A DNA stretch of 64,000 nucleotides from Cyanophora paradoxa CCMP329. Lineage: Eukaryota > Plantae > Glaucophyta. Of the stretch, positions 34,992-48,326 are shown piece after piece. The DNA is taken from assembly GCA_004431415.1 (NCBI GenBank), contig QPMI01000652.1, forward strand, positions 19,959 through 83,958, in the 5' to 3' direction. Position 1 is the stretch's first letter; each line of letters begins with the position of its first letter. Both the position numbers and the translations under genes were made by a program. Under the pieces are notes generated by a model. That model did no database searches and had not been told where the DNA came from. It saw only the letters and a list, made by a program, of their open reading frames with translations.

Positions 34992-37900
34992 TCAAGAATA
35001 AATTAAAAGCTTGGATATTGTTACAGGTGTTTTGCGACCGCATCCTATCGCAAATATTAATGTGGGCCACCGGTTTATGTCGGACCTTTGACAGCTCTTC
35101 GATGGTGTGGAGGTCGGATGCAGCTGCGACGACGCTTGCAGCAGCTTGTGCACCGGTGCTAGCGCTGTCGCTCGGAGCGGGGCTGGCATCGTTGCACTTT
35201 GCGGCGCCCGGATCCGAAGAGACGTCTCCCTGCGAGTCCGTTGCAATTGCAGAGCCGAGTCGCCAGCGCGCGAGCGCACCGTTCCGGCGGCGCCCGTCTG
35301 CCCGCTCGAGCTCGATTCGGATCTACTCGATGGCGCCCCCACGCCGGCGTTGGCCTGCTGCACACGCTGCAGGGGCTGGTAAAAGGCGTTGGCGTTGAAC
35401 TCTTGCCGGAGCTTCAGGTCGGCCTTGATTCGCTCTTGGCCCTTGCGCATCAGGTCCAGTCTCGGCTTCTGCACCTGGGTCTCGGCAGGCCTAGGTGCAC
35501 CGTCAGGATGACTCGAGCTTGCAATGGGGATCGAGTCCAATGCGATTTCCAGCTCTCGAATCCGTTCCTTGAGATTTGTAATTGCGTCGCCGTGATCGCG
35601 ATGCAGGAAGCGGATGAAGCTCTCGATCAGCAGCGATGCCCCGCCATCTGATTGCGATTGCAATAGGCGTGAAAAACGTTTGTGCAGCGTCTAGCCTATA
35701 GCTAGTAGTGCCGCTTACCGAGGAAGACGACTGCATAATCATTGACACGTGATTTGTGACCGACAAATGCACGCAGCTCTTCGGCGATCTTCATCTCCAG
35801 AACGTTGGTGCCCCTCCACTCATGTGCGCTCTGTAAACTGTTGGGTCCGATGAACAGGGGAGGACAGGATTTGGTGGAAACGCCGTCTCCCTTGCAGCCG
35901 AGCGCGGTCTCGATCGCGACTCCAAGGCCGGCGCTAGCGTTCATAATCGAGTCTTTGATCTGCTCACAGGTATGAGGAGCGAAATGGAGAGATCGGCTAC
36001 TGCACGGATTGCTGAGATCACAATGACGAACCCGTGACGACAATCTGAATCCAGAACCCTGCTGCGAATGGATGCCGAGCTTGCCAATCCAAGCTTTGTC
36101 CTGTTAAAGGAAATCAAACGAGAAGGGTGTGCGGCTACCGATACACATAGCTATCTAGAATTATACGCAACAATGCTACTCTTGATCGAGAATGATCGCT
36201 GCCTGGTCGAACTAAAGAAGTGTACACAGCCTGGCAGCGAGCTATTGCGCTTTATGGTCGCGCGTGATGAGCAAAACGTACCAGCACAACCGCTTGCGAC
36301 CCACTGTGGTCGGTAAAAGGAAGAAGCAGCGCCCGGGCAAAGCTATTGCCTGTAATCAGGTCGCGAATGTTTCTTGCGAGAAAGTTCGTGAGGCTCTCCG
36401 GACCCTCCACTGTCTCTACCAGAAACAGTTCTACGCTGAGCGTAGAAAACGGGTCCGACGTCAATTGGCCATCAACAGTCTTTGTGGGCTTGAAATGGAA
36501 GAGTTTGAATCCTCCAAACGGCGAATTCAAAGAATCCTGCGCATGCATCGGTCGACACGAATTCGAACTCGAACGGTTTCAGCGCACGCGCCGCGCATCG
36601 GATGAACTAAACATTATCTGCACTCTCCGTATCTGCTATAACTCACCGGGCGCTTCTTCGGGTCGATCGGATTTCGCTTGACCTCCAGGTTGAAGGAGTG
36701 GGGCGCAAGCAGACCTCGACTCTCGCGGTTTTTCGGACGTTTCGCGGCTGCGAAACAAGGATTGCACTTTGTCAGAGAAAAAAAGGTACACTCGTAATTA
36801 TCGTAAATTATACACGTTATATATATATATACGTAATAAGAGGGTATATATCGCGCAGTGATGATCTAGTATTCGTGAAGCGCTGGGGTCCCATAAAAAC
36901 ACTACGCCTCGACGCTGCACAGCGGCAGTCCCGGAGTCCGAATACTTTTGAGCACGTTTATCGCTGCATGCGCATTCTGAATCTCAAGGTCAAGCTGGTA
37001 GCAGAGTCGTTTGCGGTCTGCAGCGCTAGCGGAGGGGGCCGGTGCTCTTGCACATTATAATTACAAGATGCCAAAGATGCACGCACTGCTTTCAGTGCCA
37101 TCCGGACTCGAAGTCGATGTAAAGATCTTCACTTCAACAGGTGTTTCTGATTGATTCAGTGCGTTTGGCAGCTGAACGTGAAGCGCTCGTGCGAGAATGT
37201 TGAAGTCGATTTGCGCCTGAGAGATCTTGCGAAACAGCCTTGCATGCTCGTCTGGTAGTTCTGACACGGAAAAATGCAGGATGATGCTACCAACATCGCA
37301 GCCGATGAGGCGGACTCGATTCTTGGTGATCATGGAGTGGAGATTGTCGAGGTTAACGTTGGAATCCGCTGGCGCTTGCGCACCAAGCACAATCTCAATC
37401 CAGCCCCACAAAGCCTCTTCGAGCTGCATGTGCTTCAAAATTAGTGTGTCCGATGTACCAATTCAGGTGAATCGAAAAGAGAATCTAGATCTAGCACGCA
37501 TACGTGGTTGAACATATACACATATATGCATATGCGCATGCATATCTGCTTGTTCAAATAAATATCGAAACGCGCATGCGCAGTCTTACCAGATTGTGCA
37601 GATGAAGTGATTCGCGGGATCCAGAAACTATGGACTCACAGTGCTCGGTTTTGAAATCTGTGCAAGTCTCCAGGCAAAACCAGGCGCAGTTGTCACCGAC
37701 GATCTCCACATCGGCGTCTGGGCCCTTGTGGGGAGCCTCCAGCTCCGAATCCCCCGGATCTGTGACTTCGACATGGAACGAGGGCTATGCGCCGACAGCG
37801 ACGTATACAGAGATCTAGAGTGGCGGGTGCCCGAATTAGAACGCAGGGCTTGTACATGCTTATATACGTATACGTATACGGTCGAATCGATGGGGTTGGG

Positions 37901-38550
37901 GCACAAACTTCAACATTGCTTTCGGCTCCGGAGGCCTATAGCTAGGTCCGGGGGCGGTCTTTGATTTAATTTGTGCGAGTATTGCACCTTCACGTTTGGC
38001 CTCGCGGTCAGTTGCGAGCTTTGCACGCCCCAAGTAAGAGATTTGTGAGCACGGCAACGCGAGGTCCCAGACAACAATCTGTGCGGTGATGTGGGATTCC
38101 ATCAACTTTGACAGCGATGCATGCGCTCAAGGCAACGGTAAAACCGAATCAAATTAAATGCCTTTGCTTCGTTTGATTCGCAAAGGAGAGCGGAATTGAC
38201 TGTGTTCGTGGCATCACGATCGGATCCCGAACGGGGCGCTTGCTGCATTGACGGCGGCGGAAAGAGGCCTCCATCAACTGAGCGCGCGAGACTGCGTTCG
38301 CATTCCTCGGAGGCATCGGCGATAGCCTGGAAGAGAGCGTTGTGGCACGAAAGGTCGATGTCGTAATCGGGGTGGATCCAGAAGACAACGGAGCTCGGGT
38401 CCGGATCCGTCTCAACAGGGTGGTGCGAATCACTTCCGGAGGATGAGATTGTCTGTGGAACACGGACGTCGGCGCCCTGTACGCAGAGACTCAGACGCCG
38501 CGGGAGAAGAGATCTAGTTCTAGAGGCTACAGGTAGCGCCGGTCTCAAGG
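34992..38550 (-). CDS. Probable multi-exon hypothetical gene(s); structure unresolved
   Basis: A series of minus-strand exon-like ORFs (34992-35663, 35702-36043, 36252-36548, 37061-37438, 38102-38548) with protein-like composition and flanking splice-like signals. Confidence 0.4.
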
Positions 38551-38961
38551 TAGGCGTACGGCTTCTGAGGGGCCGCGGTGGGATCCGGAGGGGGGGTGCA
38601 CGCGCACGCTCAACATCGCTGCAGAATGTGCATCCAGATCTGTGCCGCCGGAAGCGTGCGTGACCGCAGGAGAAGCCTGGCTCACGCCCGCGTCCTGCAT
38701 GCGTACGCCAGCAAAGGCGCTCGCCGGCGCACTGGCGAGACCGCCGAGGCGCGGGCCGTCGGCGTCCGAGCCTGCCGAGGCGGTGGCCCCCGCGTCTGAC
38801 CGCGGCACCATGGCCAGGGGATCGATATCGGTTGATGGAGACCCGACAGGGTCGTCAAAGCCATGAAGGCGCCCATGGCCAACAACGGCTCCCGCGGTTG
38901 ACGACAGAGGCGCCGGCGCTGGTGACGCCGCAAACGGAGAGCCTGCACAAAAGTTTTTTAA

Positions 38962-41424
38962 CTATTGTTCGCGATGAAATTCAAGGTAGGAGGGGATGCA
39001 ATGATGGCTATTCAGCGGAGACGTGGAGCTTAGCGCACCCTTTGAGGTAGCCTTTGCAGTTTTCGCCTTGGAGGGCATCAGAGAAGCAAGCGAAAAGGCG
39101 GAGAGGTCGCGGTCGTTGCCGTCTGGAGCGACGAAACTGCCGAGGGTAGGGCCCTCTTCATCCGGATTCTTGATGCGGAGATCGTGCTTAGCGCCCATCG
39201 ATTCCTCCACCTCCGCCCATGAAGGACCGAGAGCGGCTTTCAAGGGTGCGAGGACCTGGGCACGTGCGCAGAAGACGTCCTGGAACCCAACCATGTGCTC
39301 TGGAGATACGGACAGCATCCTCTCCATCAGGCTCTGATTCTTCTTGTCATTCTTGCCCGATGGACCTAGAGCGCACAGTGAGCGAAAGTCGATCGCGGGC
39401 GCCATCCATTTTCGAAGTCTACTGCCGGCGCTAATCCGACTGGTAAATTTCGTAAACTAGTGGGCAGCCGTAATGAAGATACGCGGGGCAGCATTGACAT
39501 CAATAGCGTCGGTCGGCGTGCATACCTGGATGCTTCCCCGCATCCCCGCTTGCAATCTTGACGAGGCGGAGATCGACGGGCCCGGGCGAATCGCGTTCCT
39601 CCCCGCCGATCGTGCTCGCACCTTGCACTTGTTTGCGAGCCGCGGAAGCTCTCTCGGCCTCTGACAACGAAAAGAGAAATCCCAGCGCCATGCCAAGCTC
39701 TCGGGGAATCTCTCCGCTGACTGCGCACGCGACAGCCGCTTCGGCATCCTCGGCGGTGAGCCTGTAATCGCGATTGCCGGTGCGGGCGAGCTCGAGCTTG
39801 GCCTGTAGTGCCTGTTCCAGCACGCGCCTGTTGTGGCTGATGATATCTACAATGCTAGCGCTGGACGTCTGTGGAATTGCGATAATAGAAGTGGGCGCCT
39901 TGAGGTTGTCCAGGTCTTTTGTGGCGGGGGGGCCGGGCGAGGCCAGCTGCGAGCTCGAGACCGATGCCCGAGGCAGTTGCGGCTGCTTGCCATCGCCATG
40001 AGAGGCTTCAGCTGCTGTCTCGCTTCCTGCCTGCTCGGGCGAAACGAGGAGATCGTCCAGAGAAATCCCCTCCGGAAAGTGAACCTCTTCGAGAGGGATG
40101 TGGCTGCTGCAGAACCAGCAAAACAGGCGGACACCCTCCAGATCGGGCGTCCGAACCTGCTCGCGCACGAAATCGCCTACGTGAGCTGATATTTATTATA
40201 TTTAAAGCACTTGCCGATCAGGCGTTCGCACGACACGCACGCGTGCACGCACCACGAACTTGGTCATGTTGGCATGCAGTGCATGACGATAGCAGTTCAT
40301 GCATGCGACGTGGTGGTTGACTTCGGAGGTAGAATCGTGCATGATGATGTAATCTTGCGATGCCTTGCCGATCATGTCCTTTGCAGCGTCCTCGCCTGGG
40401 GCGCAAACGCAAAAGTCGATCTTCTTCGGATCGATCGAGGAAAGCACTCTCTTTCGAAGGCGTGCCGAGGCTATGTCCCGCAGGGCCGCATCGTCGGGAT
40501 TCCACGTGCGGAGGGGGAGGAGAGCGAGAGTTTCGATGTCTAGCTCGCGCGTCATCGGAGACCGATTCTCACGACAAACCTCGACAGCTCCACCAGCACC
40601 TGCACGTGATGTGCGAAATATCAAATAGCGATCTTGGAGTAAATCATGATCATACCGAAACAGTATATATATTGAATAATGAAACTTGAATTTCGGGGAA
40701 CGATGGGGGGCGGATTGCGAATTGCGGGAGCTGAACCATAATTAAATATATAAACACTTCTAAATCTATAACCACGTGCACGTGGCATAGCCGAAGATCT
40801 AGAGAGCCCGTGGGTCTAGGGTGAGGTAAGCGATGTGCGAGCTGAGGCATACCGAGATGTTTGTCAAAGAGTGTCTTAAATGTCTCGTCCTTGTTGGCAC
40901 AAATCATCGCCTCCAGCAGACCACGGGATTGGCCCGCGCCGTGGTAACAATCAGCCAGAACACAGGTTTCGGGATTGCACAGCCAGCCTGAATGGGAACA
41001 ACACGTGTACATGGGCGCCTCTGAGGTTGACATCTGCGGCTGCAGAAAGCCGGACAGAGGAATAGAACTCAAAGGTCAGAAAACTGGAGCTCGCAATCGA
41101 TGGCGCGCGTGGGATAGGAAGGCTAGGGCACCGGTACCGGAGGAAGGATGGGGCCGACAATTGACAAGTGTGCGACAGAGGCAACGAATTGCGTGACGAG
41201 GGGATGGGTGAGGAGCTCGTAATCGTTGGCGTAAACGGTGGCACCCGAAGACAATAGTAGTGCGATTAGAGAGAGGAGGCACGGTGCGCATGCATATGTG
41301 CAGCCCTTGACTTCTTCACCGAAATTCTCGAATTCATCGCCGTGAGAAGCACAAGGGGATTTGAACCCTTTCAGCTCCTCGAACTCAACATCGAACTGGA
41401 GCCTTGCCAGAAGAGCTTCTGCCG
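38962..41424 (-). CDS. Probable multi-exon protein with RING-like Cys/His domain
   Basis: FCVC...NHHVACMNC (40202-40624) followed by LFCWFCSSHIP (~40100). Exon boundaries are approximate. Confidence 0.4.
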
Positions 41425-41931
41425 CCATGGTAAGCAACCGCTTCGGCGTTTGATATGCTGACAGGAGAATTCGATTCTCGCTTCTCGGGATGAGAAACTT
41501 GAGCGTGTCCAGCGGTAGTGCCACCTCTTCGTCGATGAGACGCTGTCCGCATGTGTTAGAGCACGATGATTGAGCCGGAAAAAAGGGAGACGTCTTGGAG
41601 ATCTAAAAGCTACACGTCGGAGTGAACAAGATATTCGTTGACTAAACGTGCGACCAGAGACGAACCTTCACGTCACCATGCATACAAATAACCGACAAGA
41701 GGTGAGCCGTTTCCGCCGGCCGCAAAACGTGCCTTCCATCTGGAGAAAGCCGCCCGCCGGGGCTGGCCGCCAAGAGCATCGAGCAGTGCATCATTCGAAA
41801 AAGAAAAAGCCTGGGTCCGTAGAAAGGGTCGGGCAGATGCCTTGCACTGTCACCTGCGAGATGCCGATGATTACTAAGTATAAACGTATTTCATTTGAAT
41901 GCCCGCTTGCGGAGACCGAGATTAGCACAAG

Positions 41932-43950
41932 CTACACACATTCACCAAGAGTCTTGCCAGTTGCAAGGGCATCTCGAGCTCGAGGGGCGCCGGTTGAAAT
42001 TCGCTTATTACAAGAAATTACTGAGGCGCGAAAGTGAAGTCGATGTGCTCCCGGAATTCCGTCGCCGGCCCAAAAGAGTACTCTAGTCGCGGTCTCGATT
42101 CCATGCTGCAGAAGCATGGTACCCCCGTCAAGCTCCGTTCGAACGATGAGCCTTCTACAGAGGGTGTCGAGAAGGGTTGCGAAATCGGCGGTTGGTAGAC
42201 TCGTGGCTGCAAGTACGACAAGCCACTCCGTGGCACAAGGATCGTGAAACTCGTCAAGCTCTGCGGCGCCAATGCAATCGAGAATGCGGAGAAGAGGCCA
42301 GTTCTTTTCTAGCATTAGTGAAAGGAATATCCCGTCGACTGGGAATCCATTCCGAAGAGCAAGGAAAATGATCTCATCCAGCCGTTTCAAGATCTGTCGG
42401 GTTTGCAGAAGTCCAGGAGTTGGTACCACATCGGATTCACAATCAGAGTAGGTCTCGAAAACTTATACATATTCACTTTCATCTTGAAAAACATTCCGAT
42501 ATTCCTATGTGTGCATTTATGAAAACGATTCGAAAGCTTGCGCTTGGCGTTTCAATGACTTTAAAGCTTATGATCAATCGAGTTACGATGTTCGCGCATG
42601 CCGACTCGCAATTATTTTATGATTTCCAACTGATCGTGAGACACATGTACGCACATCGTCGGCGCTCAGAGACCAGTCGTGCTTCTTCTCACTGGCAAGG
42701 CGTGTGCCTGCAAGTCCGTCCGACTGCAACATCGAGTTCTGTAAAAGATGGAAATTGAAGTTATTTCACACTAACAAAGATTTCAAGGGATTCGACTGCG
42801 ATTGAGATACCTTGACATCGATCCCGGAGTCGACGTCAGAATCAATGGTTGCGTGCGTTTGCGTACGTGCGCGCAGAAGCGCGGTGATTCCGTCGTCTCC
42901 ATCTTCGAGTAAGCTCTCAATCTGCGGTCGATTCGAGTCAAGCGTCAAGCGTATCGCAAAGGCAAGAGAGAACATCTAAATTGGGGGTCGCGTCCACTTA
43001 TTTAGCTTGCAAAAACTATGTTCGTGTACGCGTTTACACATTCCTCGACATAAATGTAGCGAAAACAAAAATGCATGTGCGCACCGCCTCGCGGGCGAGG
43101 GAGAACAGGTCCTCCATAGGAACGGGATCATCCCAAACCGAGGCTTCCTGCAGCTGCTCATCCTCTTGATCTGAGCCACATTCGACGGATTCAGGTCCGG
43201 AGTCACGGTCGCCCACGTGCACCACATGTACAGGCGCTGTTTTCTCCGATTCGTGTTCAGATGTCGACTTTCGATGGTGCAGCGGAATTCTAAGGCATCT
43301 ATCTTCTGGAACGTTGCGCATCGTTTGTGTGGGGTCACGATTGGTAGGACCAGGCCCGACAAGCGCTTGAGAGGAGAAATGGGGGGGCGGAACTTGAACA
43401 GGTTGTAGTGAGGTTTTGTCATGCAACGTTTCCCGTAGGAAGGAATATGCCCGACCGAGAACTTCGAGAACCTGGATGCATCCAGCCGCATCGTCAAGCA
43501 ACTCACGCTGCGTCAAAGCGTTTCGCTGGGCCAGCGGCGTGCACGTGGGAGAGGGGCTCATTTTGGAAAAGAGCCACTTCAGCACATCAGGGTGCTGACA
43601 CAAAACAATGCCGAGCTTCACGGGGTGATGCACGCCAACCTCCCAGCCGCCTACTGTTTTAATCCAGCGCACTGCGGAAGTCCTTGTCACGACTTTAATT
43701 TGATCGAGACTCGAGACTAGTTGATCGCGAACGTTGATGCATTTTACGTATGCATGCTTAATTGATCTAGATCAATCTTGAATTAGTTTGCATCTATACG
43801 TATACCGTACATGCATGAACTTTGATCTACAAAAGATCTACAGGATGCCGCGCACCCTTGAACAACTCCCGTCGATCATTCATCCAATTCGGCCCGATGG
43901 GATCTCCTTCGTGCACGTGCTCATGGACTTCCCGCAAGAAAGTCAAGCTC
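41932..43950 (-). pseudogene. Fragmented hypothetical gene
   Basis: Exon-like ORFs 41932-42429, 42766-42975 and 43034-43690. The upstream segment near 43830-43925 appears interrupted by stops. Confidence 0.3.
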
Positions 43951-44301
43951 ATGCAGTCAGCAATGTTCGAGACGTCGTCTAAAGCGTAGAAGCGATCAAT
44001 CTTGTGATCTGCCAGAGGCACAACTTGTACATTAGAATGGGACAAATTAAATATTATATTAATTACATGCATATGCGAAGCATCTAAGCGTATCGCTGTA
44101 AATAGATGTCAACGTTCTAGCGCAAACGTTAACTATAGATCTAGATAGCTGGCTCGTTTTCGAACAGATTTTAATTTCAATTGTAATCAGCAAGCTAATT
44201 ATAAACTCAAAATTATCACCAGGTCGGAAATTAATTACGCGTGCTCCGGCTCATGATTTAATTTAGAGCAATAACGGTGTCAAACGTACGCGTGCTCATG
44301 A

Positions 44302-45570
44302 TCACGCACCCGGGTTTGCGGTCGCGGAGTTCATGGTTGAGGCTTCCGAAGGCGTCGACGTCGCGATCGACGTCGACGTTAATGTCGCATCCATGTGCCC
44401 GGTGGCCGATCGTGAGAGTGCACTGAAGCACGGGCAGCTAGCGCAACCCTTTGACAGGATGTCGAGACAGGAAGTAATTTCCTTGACTGTCCAAGAGCAA
44501 CCCACAACCAGAGAGGTGCAGAGGCCGCCGCGGACGAGCGGGCAGGCGCCCATCTCAACAAGCACAGCAACAGTGATCAAATACTCTCCAACACGGCTGT
44601 TGCTATTGCTGGCAACCTCCGAAGTCTCACGGCAAAGTCTGTCAACGGCAAACGCACCGCAGTACACGGCCAACATGAGGGCCCGCCCCTGCGCCGCGTT
44701 GGGCGACGCTCCAGCTCCGATTAGGCGGGCGACCAATCGAGGCCACCCGCCGGCTGCAGCTGCTGCGAGGGCATTGCTGAGCTCGGTAGACAGGGTGTCG
44801 GATCCGTCGTCGACGTCTCGAGAGTTGGAGGTGCTAACATGCATGGCGGCGAGAAGCTCGTTCACGGCTGCTTCGTTGCCTTCAAATGCGGCAGCGGAAA
44901 GCGCGGAGCTCTCGATCACCGCCAAAAGCTCCAGATCCAGACCACCAATCACGCCAAGGAGGGGCTTGCATTTGACGCGGGTCATCAAGTCGAACCAGTG
45001 GACACTGGGGGCACTGTCGTCGCTGCGAATCATTATCTCTAACATGCGAGATACGTTGAAATCGTTCCGCGCAATCTGGTAAAGGCGCTCAATGTCCGCT
45101 GCAAGGGCCTCATCGCATTCGTGATCGAGCTCAGAGGGAGCAGCCCAGAGTGGCGGGTCGAGCTGGCCATGGCTGCCTGGGGGCCAGATGGGGTCGAAGG
45201 TGGAATGACGTTCGTTCTTATTCCACCGCATCTTGGACCCCTTGAGAACCCCCAGCCTGAGAGCACAAGGCGTATACGTACTCAGCGTTAATATAACGTT
45301 GGGCATACATGGAATTCTTGATGGGCCGGGGGTTCGGGCGGAGCTCGCCATGCTCGTACCGTTTACAGGCTGCCTGCTGGGCGAACCGACTGGCCTTTTG
45401 CTTCTCCGGAGCCAGGTCTCGATCCCCGTTCCTGGGCAGCACAGCCTGACGCCGCCGCTCCCACGGAAGAAAGATGCGATACGCTCCGAGCGGGTCGCGA
45501 TCAGCCACGCCTCGGACGAGGCCACGGTCATGGGTATACGTAGCCGGCGCCGACCGCGGCACGGAAACAA
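44302..45570 (-). CDS. Ankyrin-repeat protein
   Basis: SALSAAAFEGNEAAVNELL and NALAAAAAGGWPRLVARLIGAGASPN...ALMLAV match the ankyrin consensus. Start uncertain. Confidence 0.7.
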   Translation of the reverse strand: MFPCRGRRRLRIPMTVASSEAWLIATRSERIASFFRGSGGVRLCCPGTGIETWLRRSKRPVGSPSRQPVNGTSMASSARTPGPSRIPCMPNVILTLSTYTPCALRLGVLKGSKMRWNKNERHSTFDPIWPPGSHGQLDPPLWAAPSELDHECDEALAADIERLYQIARNDFNVSRMLEIMIRSDDSAPSVHWFDLMTRVKCKPLLGVIGGLDLELLAVIESSALSAAAFEGNEAAVNELLAAMHVSTSNSRDVDDGSDTLSTELSNALAAAAAGGWPRLVARLIGAGASPNAAQGRALMLAVYCGAFAVDRLCRETSEVASNSNSRVGEYLITVAVLVEMGACPLVRGGLCTSLVVGCSWTVKEITSCLDILSKGCASCPCFSALSRSATGHMDATLTSTSIATSTPSEASTMNSATANPGA

Positions 45571-48326
45571 ACATCGCCATAGCCAGCACCTAGCCGCCAG
45601 TACGTAGATACCCGACGCGTACGTCGACGTCGACCTGCGTTGCGCGCGCGCGCGTGATCAGGAGCTCGTACGCGTGCCGCGGTGATCACTGTCGTGCGCA
45701 GCGCCGGTGCCGGCGTCAGAGCGATATCGATACACTGTGTGACACATGTACAGGCTGTTCGTCCTGCATACTAAGATTATTTAAGGCCGACATGCATGCC
45801 AGCGCCCTACTAGGCTAGCCGGCGCCTATAGCTAGCTATAGTAGCTATACAATGATATATATATATATTATGTATTTCTAGTGGATCTATCATGGTATAG
45901 CGCCGCGGCGAGAGCTACATATATATACACTTGCAAGCGATAACTAGCTTAGTATATACGTATATACGTAGCAATCGATCGCGAGTCGGCCAAGTCCGAC
46001 AGGTGTGGACCATGTGGTCTGACAGTACTAGCTATAGCGGCGATGGTCACATCTCTGCGTACGCGTCCCTATATATGTACTTGTCCATATTGACGCCGGC
46101 GCCCCCGGGCTGGCCATGGGCGGCCCGGGCCTAGGCCTCAGGGCCTGCGATTGCGTGGCGGCGTCCGGCCGGATATATATATATATATGTATCGTCTGAT
46201 GGCATCCAATCTATATATAGTACACTCACGCGGATCGCAATCGGCCGGGGCGGCCCGCGCAGGCGCGCGCGCAGCCGGAGGCTTATGAAAATGCATATGT
46301 CGGCTCGAGCCTGACTAGTACTCGAGCTCGGTGGTCATGTATGATCATGATATATGGGTCGGCCGCAGACCGTCGGACCTAATTATATAAGCTGGCCCAG
46401 TGGGCCGGACGGCCAGGAGCGAGACACAGATCTAGAGGTGAGAGGCAGCCGCTCACGTTCAACGATTGCACTCAATGTCGAGATGCTCTTCGAAGCCCTA
46501 CTCCGCGGGCGGCTGCAGCCGCTGAGGCCGAATGGCCGGCACGGTCTGACGAGGCGCGCGCGGCCGGCCCAACTTCGCCGCCCAAGGTATATGCAACTGC
46601 CGAGAGCCCGCGGCCGGATCGGAGTCACGGGAAGCTCAACTTAGTAAGCCCGTCGACCTCGTCGGACCGTCGGACTGGAGAAAGATCGTTCAAAGGTGGC
46701 TTAAGCTTGATAGCTGCAGGCTGCAGCCTGCAGCCTAGGCCAAGGCCTGCATCATGGCTGCATGACTAGCAATGTCTAGCCTAGTAGCATGCAGTTGTCT
46801 CAGAGCCTCGAGGCTCGAGCTCGGACTCGGATCCGGAGAGTCTAGATCTGAGCGCGCGGCTACGTAGTACGTACGGTACTGTAGTATACCGTGGTAGCGT
46901 CGTTACGGTACTACGGTACGTATACGCGTACGCGTATACGTACGTACTACGTTACCTAGTACTGAAGTAGTCTACGTATACGTAATTAATTAATTATGCA
47001 AGGTTGAAGTTGCATGTATGCATGCTTGGCATTGCATTATATAATTATATAATTATATATATGGCAATGACGGCATGCCGCGGCCGCAGTACCAGTACTA
47101 CTGTAGGTCCTGTGTAGTGCGCATGCGCGCATGATCATGATCATGAGTCGCGGGACTCGCGGCATGATCGACCCGGATAATGGCCATGGGCCGGATTCGA
47201 CCGTCGGATCCCCGCCGATTCCCGGGTCCCCGGTCCCCGGACTCGGAAGTCGGGACGTCGACGTCGACGGACTAGTACCGTAATATTTTAATGCACTTAA
47301 TTAATGCACTTAATTAATGCGCCAGATAATTAATAATACTGTCAATCCACAAAGTTAGGCGTATACACAATGATAGGCGCGGATAGACGAGGGTGGGTAG
47401 CACTGGGTACTCGTCTAACTAAAACCTCGTCTATATGTCCCTAGCTTTTGCGTAATTTCTTAGGTAAATTCAAGCTAATTCCCGTCCGACGGTCATTCTT
47501 CTATCTTTGTGAACGTCTATATCACAACGGGTGGGCAAACGTCTATGAAAAGCGACGCCTAACTTAATGACATGACCGTCGGACAGTACCGGTGCCGAAT
47601 CACTGTCGATAGAGTTTTCAAGTTTCTCGCTGCGCTAGGGGTGCGGCTTGACCGCCAGAAAGTCGGCTCAAGTCAAGCCAAGCCCGGGGCGCTCGCTGCC
47701 AAGCCAAGCCAAGCCGGCCGACCGGCCCGGACAAGCGCTTGGCCACTTGGCCGGGTCAAGCGCTTGGCCCGGCTTGAGGCAAGCCGAAGGGGGGGTACAC
47801 TTCCGCAAGCCCTCAGCGCCGCAGCGAAATGCTAGAGCTAGCGCTTATTGTGCTTTGAATTCTAAAGAAACACATCTAAACACTGATCATGATCATGAGC
47901 TGCTAATATATCGACTCGGCAAGCTCAGAGCTCGCGACGGCGCAGGCCGTGCACGTGCGCGCGCGCGCGCGCCGCGCCTCGATATCGATCATACCTGCAC
48001 GCTCTTCAGACCTCTAGATCGACATTCGGTCCAACGGTCGCGATGCCATCGCTAGCGCTCGCAGGCGCGCGCGCGCGCGCCGCGCCGGCTTCGAATTCGC
48101 TGCAGCTGCGTCGAAGTACCCCCCGCGCGCCGATACCCCCCTCCCTGGCCCCCCTCGGGCCAGGGCTTGAGCCGGCTTGAGCCGGCCAAAAGCCAGTCAA
48201 GCGCTTGACCGCCCAGCCCGGCTTGAGCTTTGGCTCAAGCGCTTGACGGCAAGCCGCAGGCCTACGCTGCGCTCGCGCTGCCAGGCTGGGTACCGGACCT
48301 ACTACCGGTACGCCGTTGTGGAGTCA

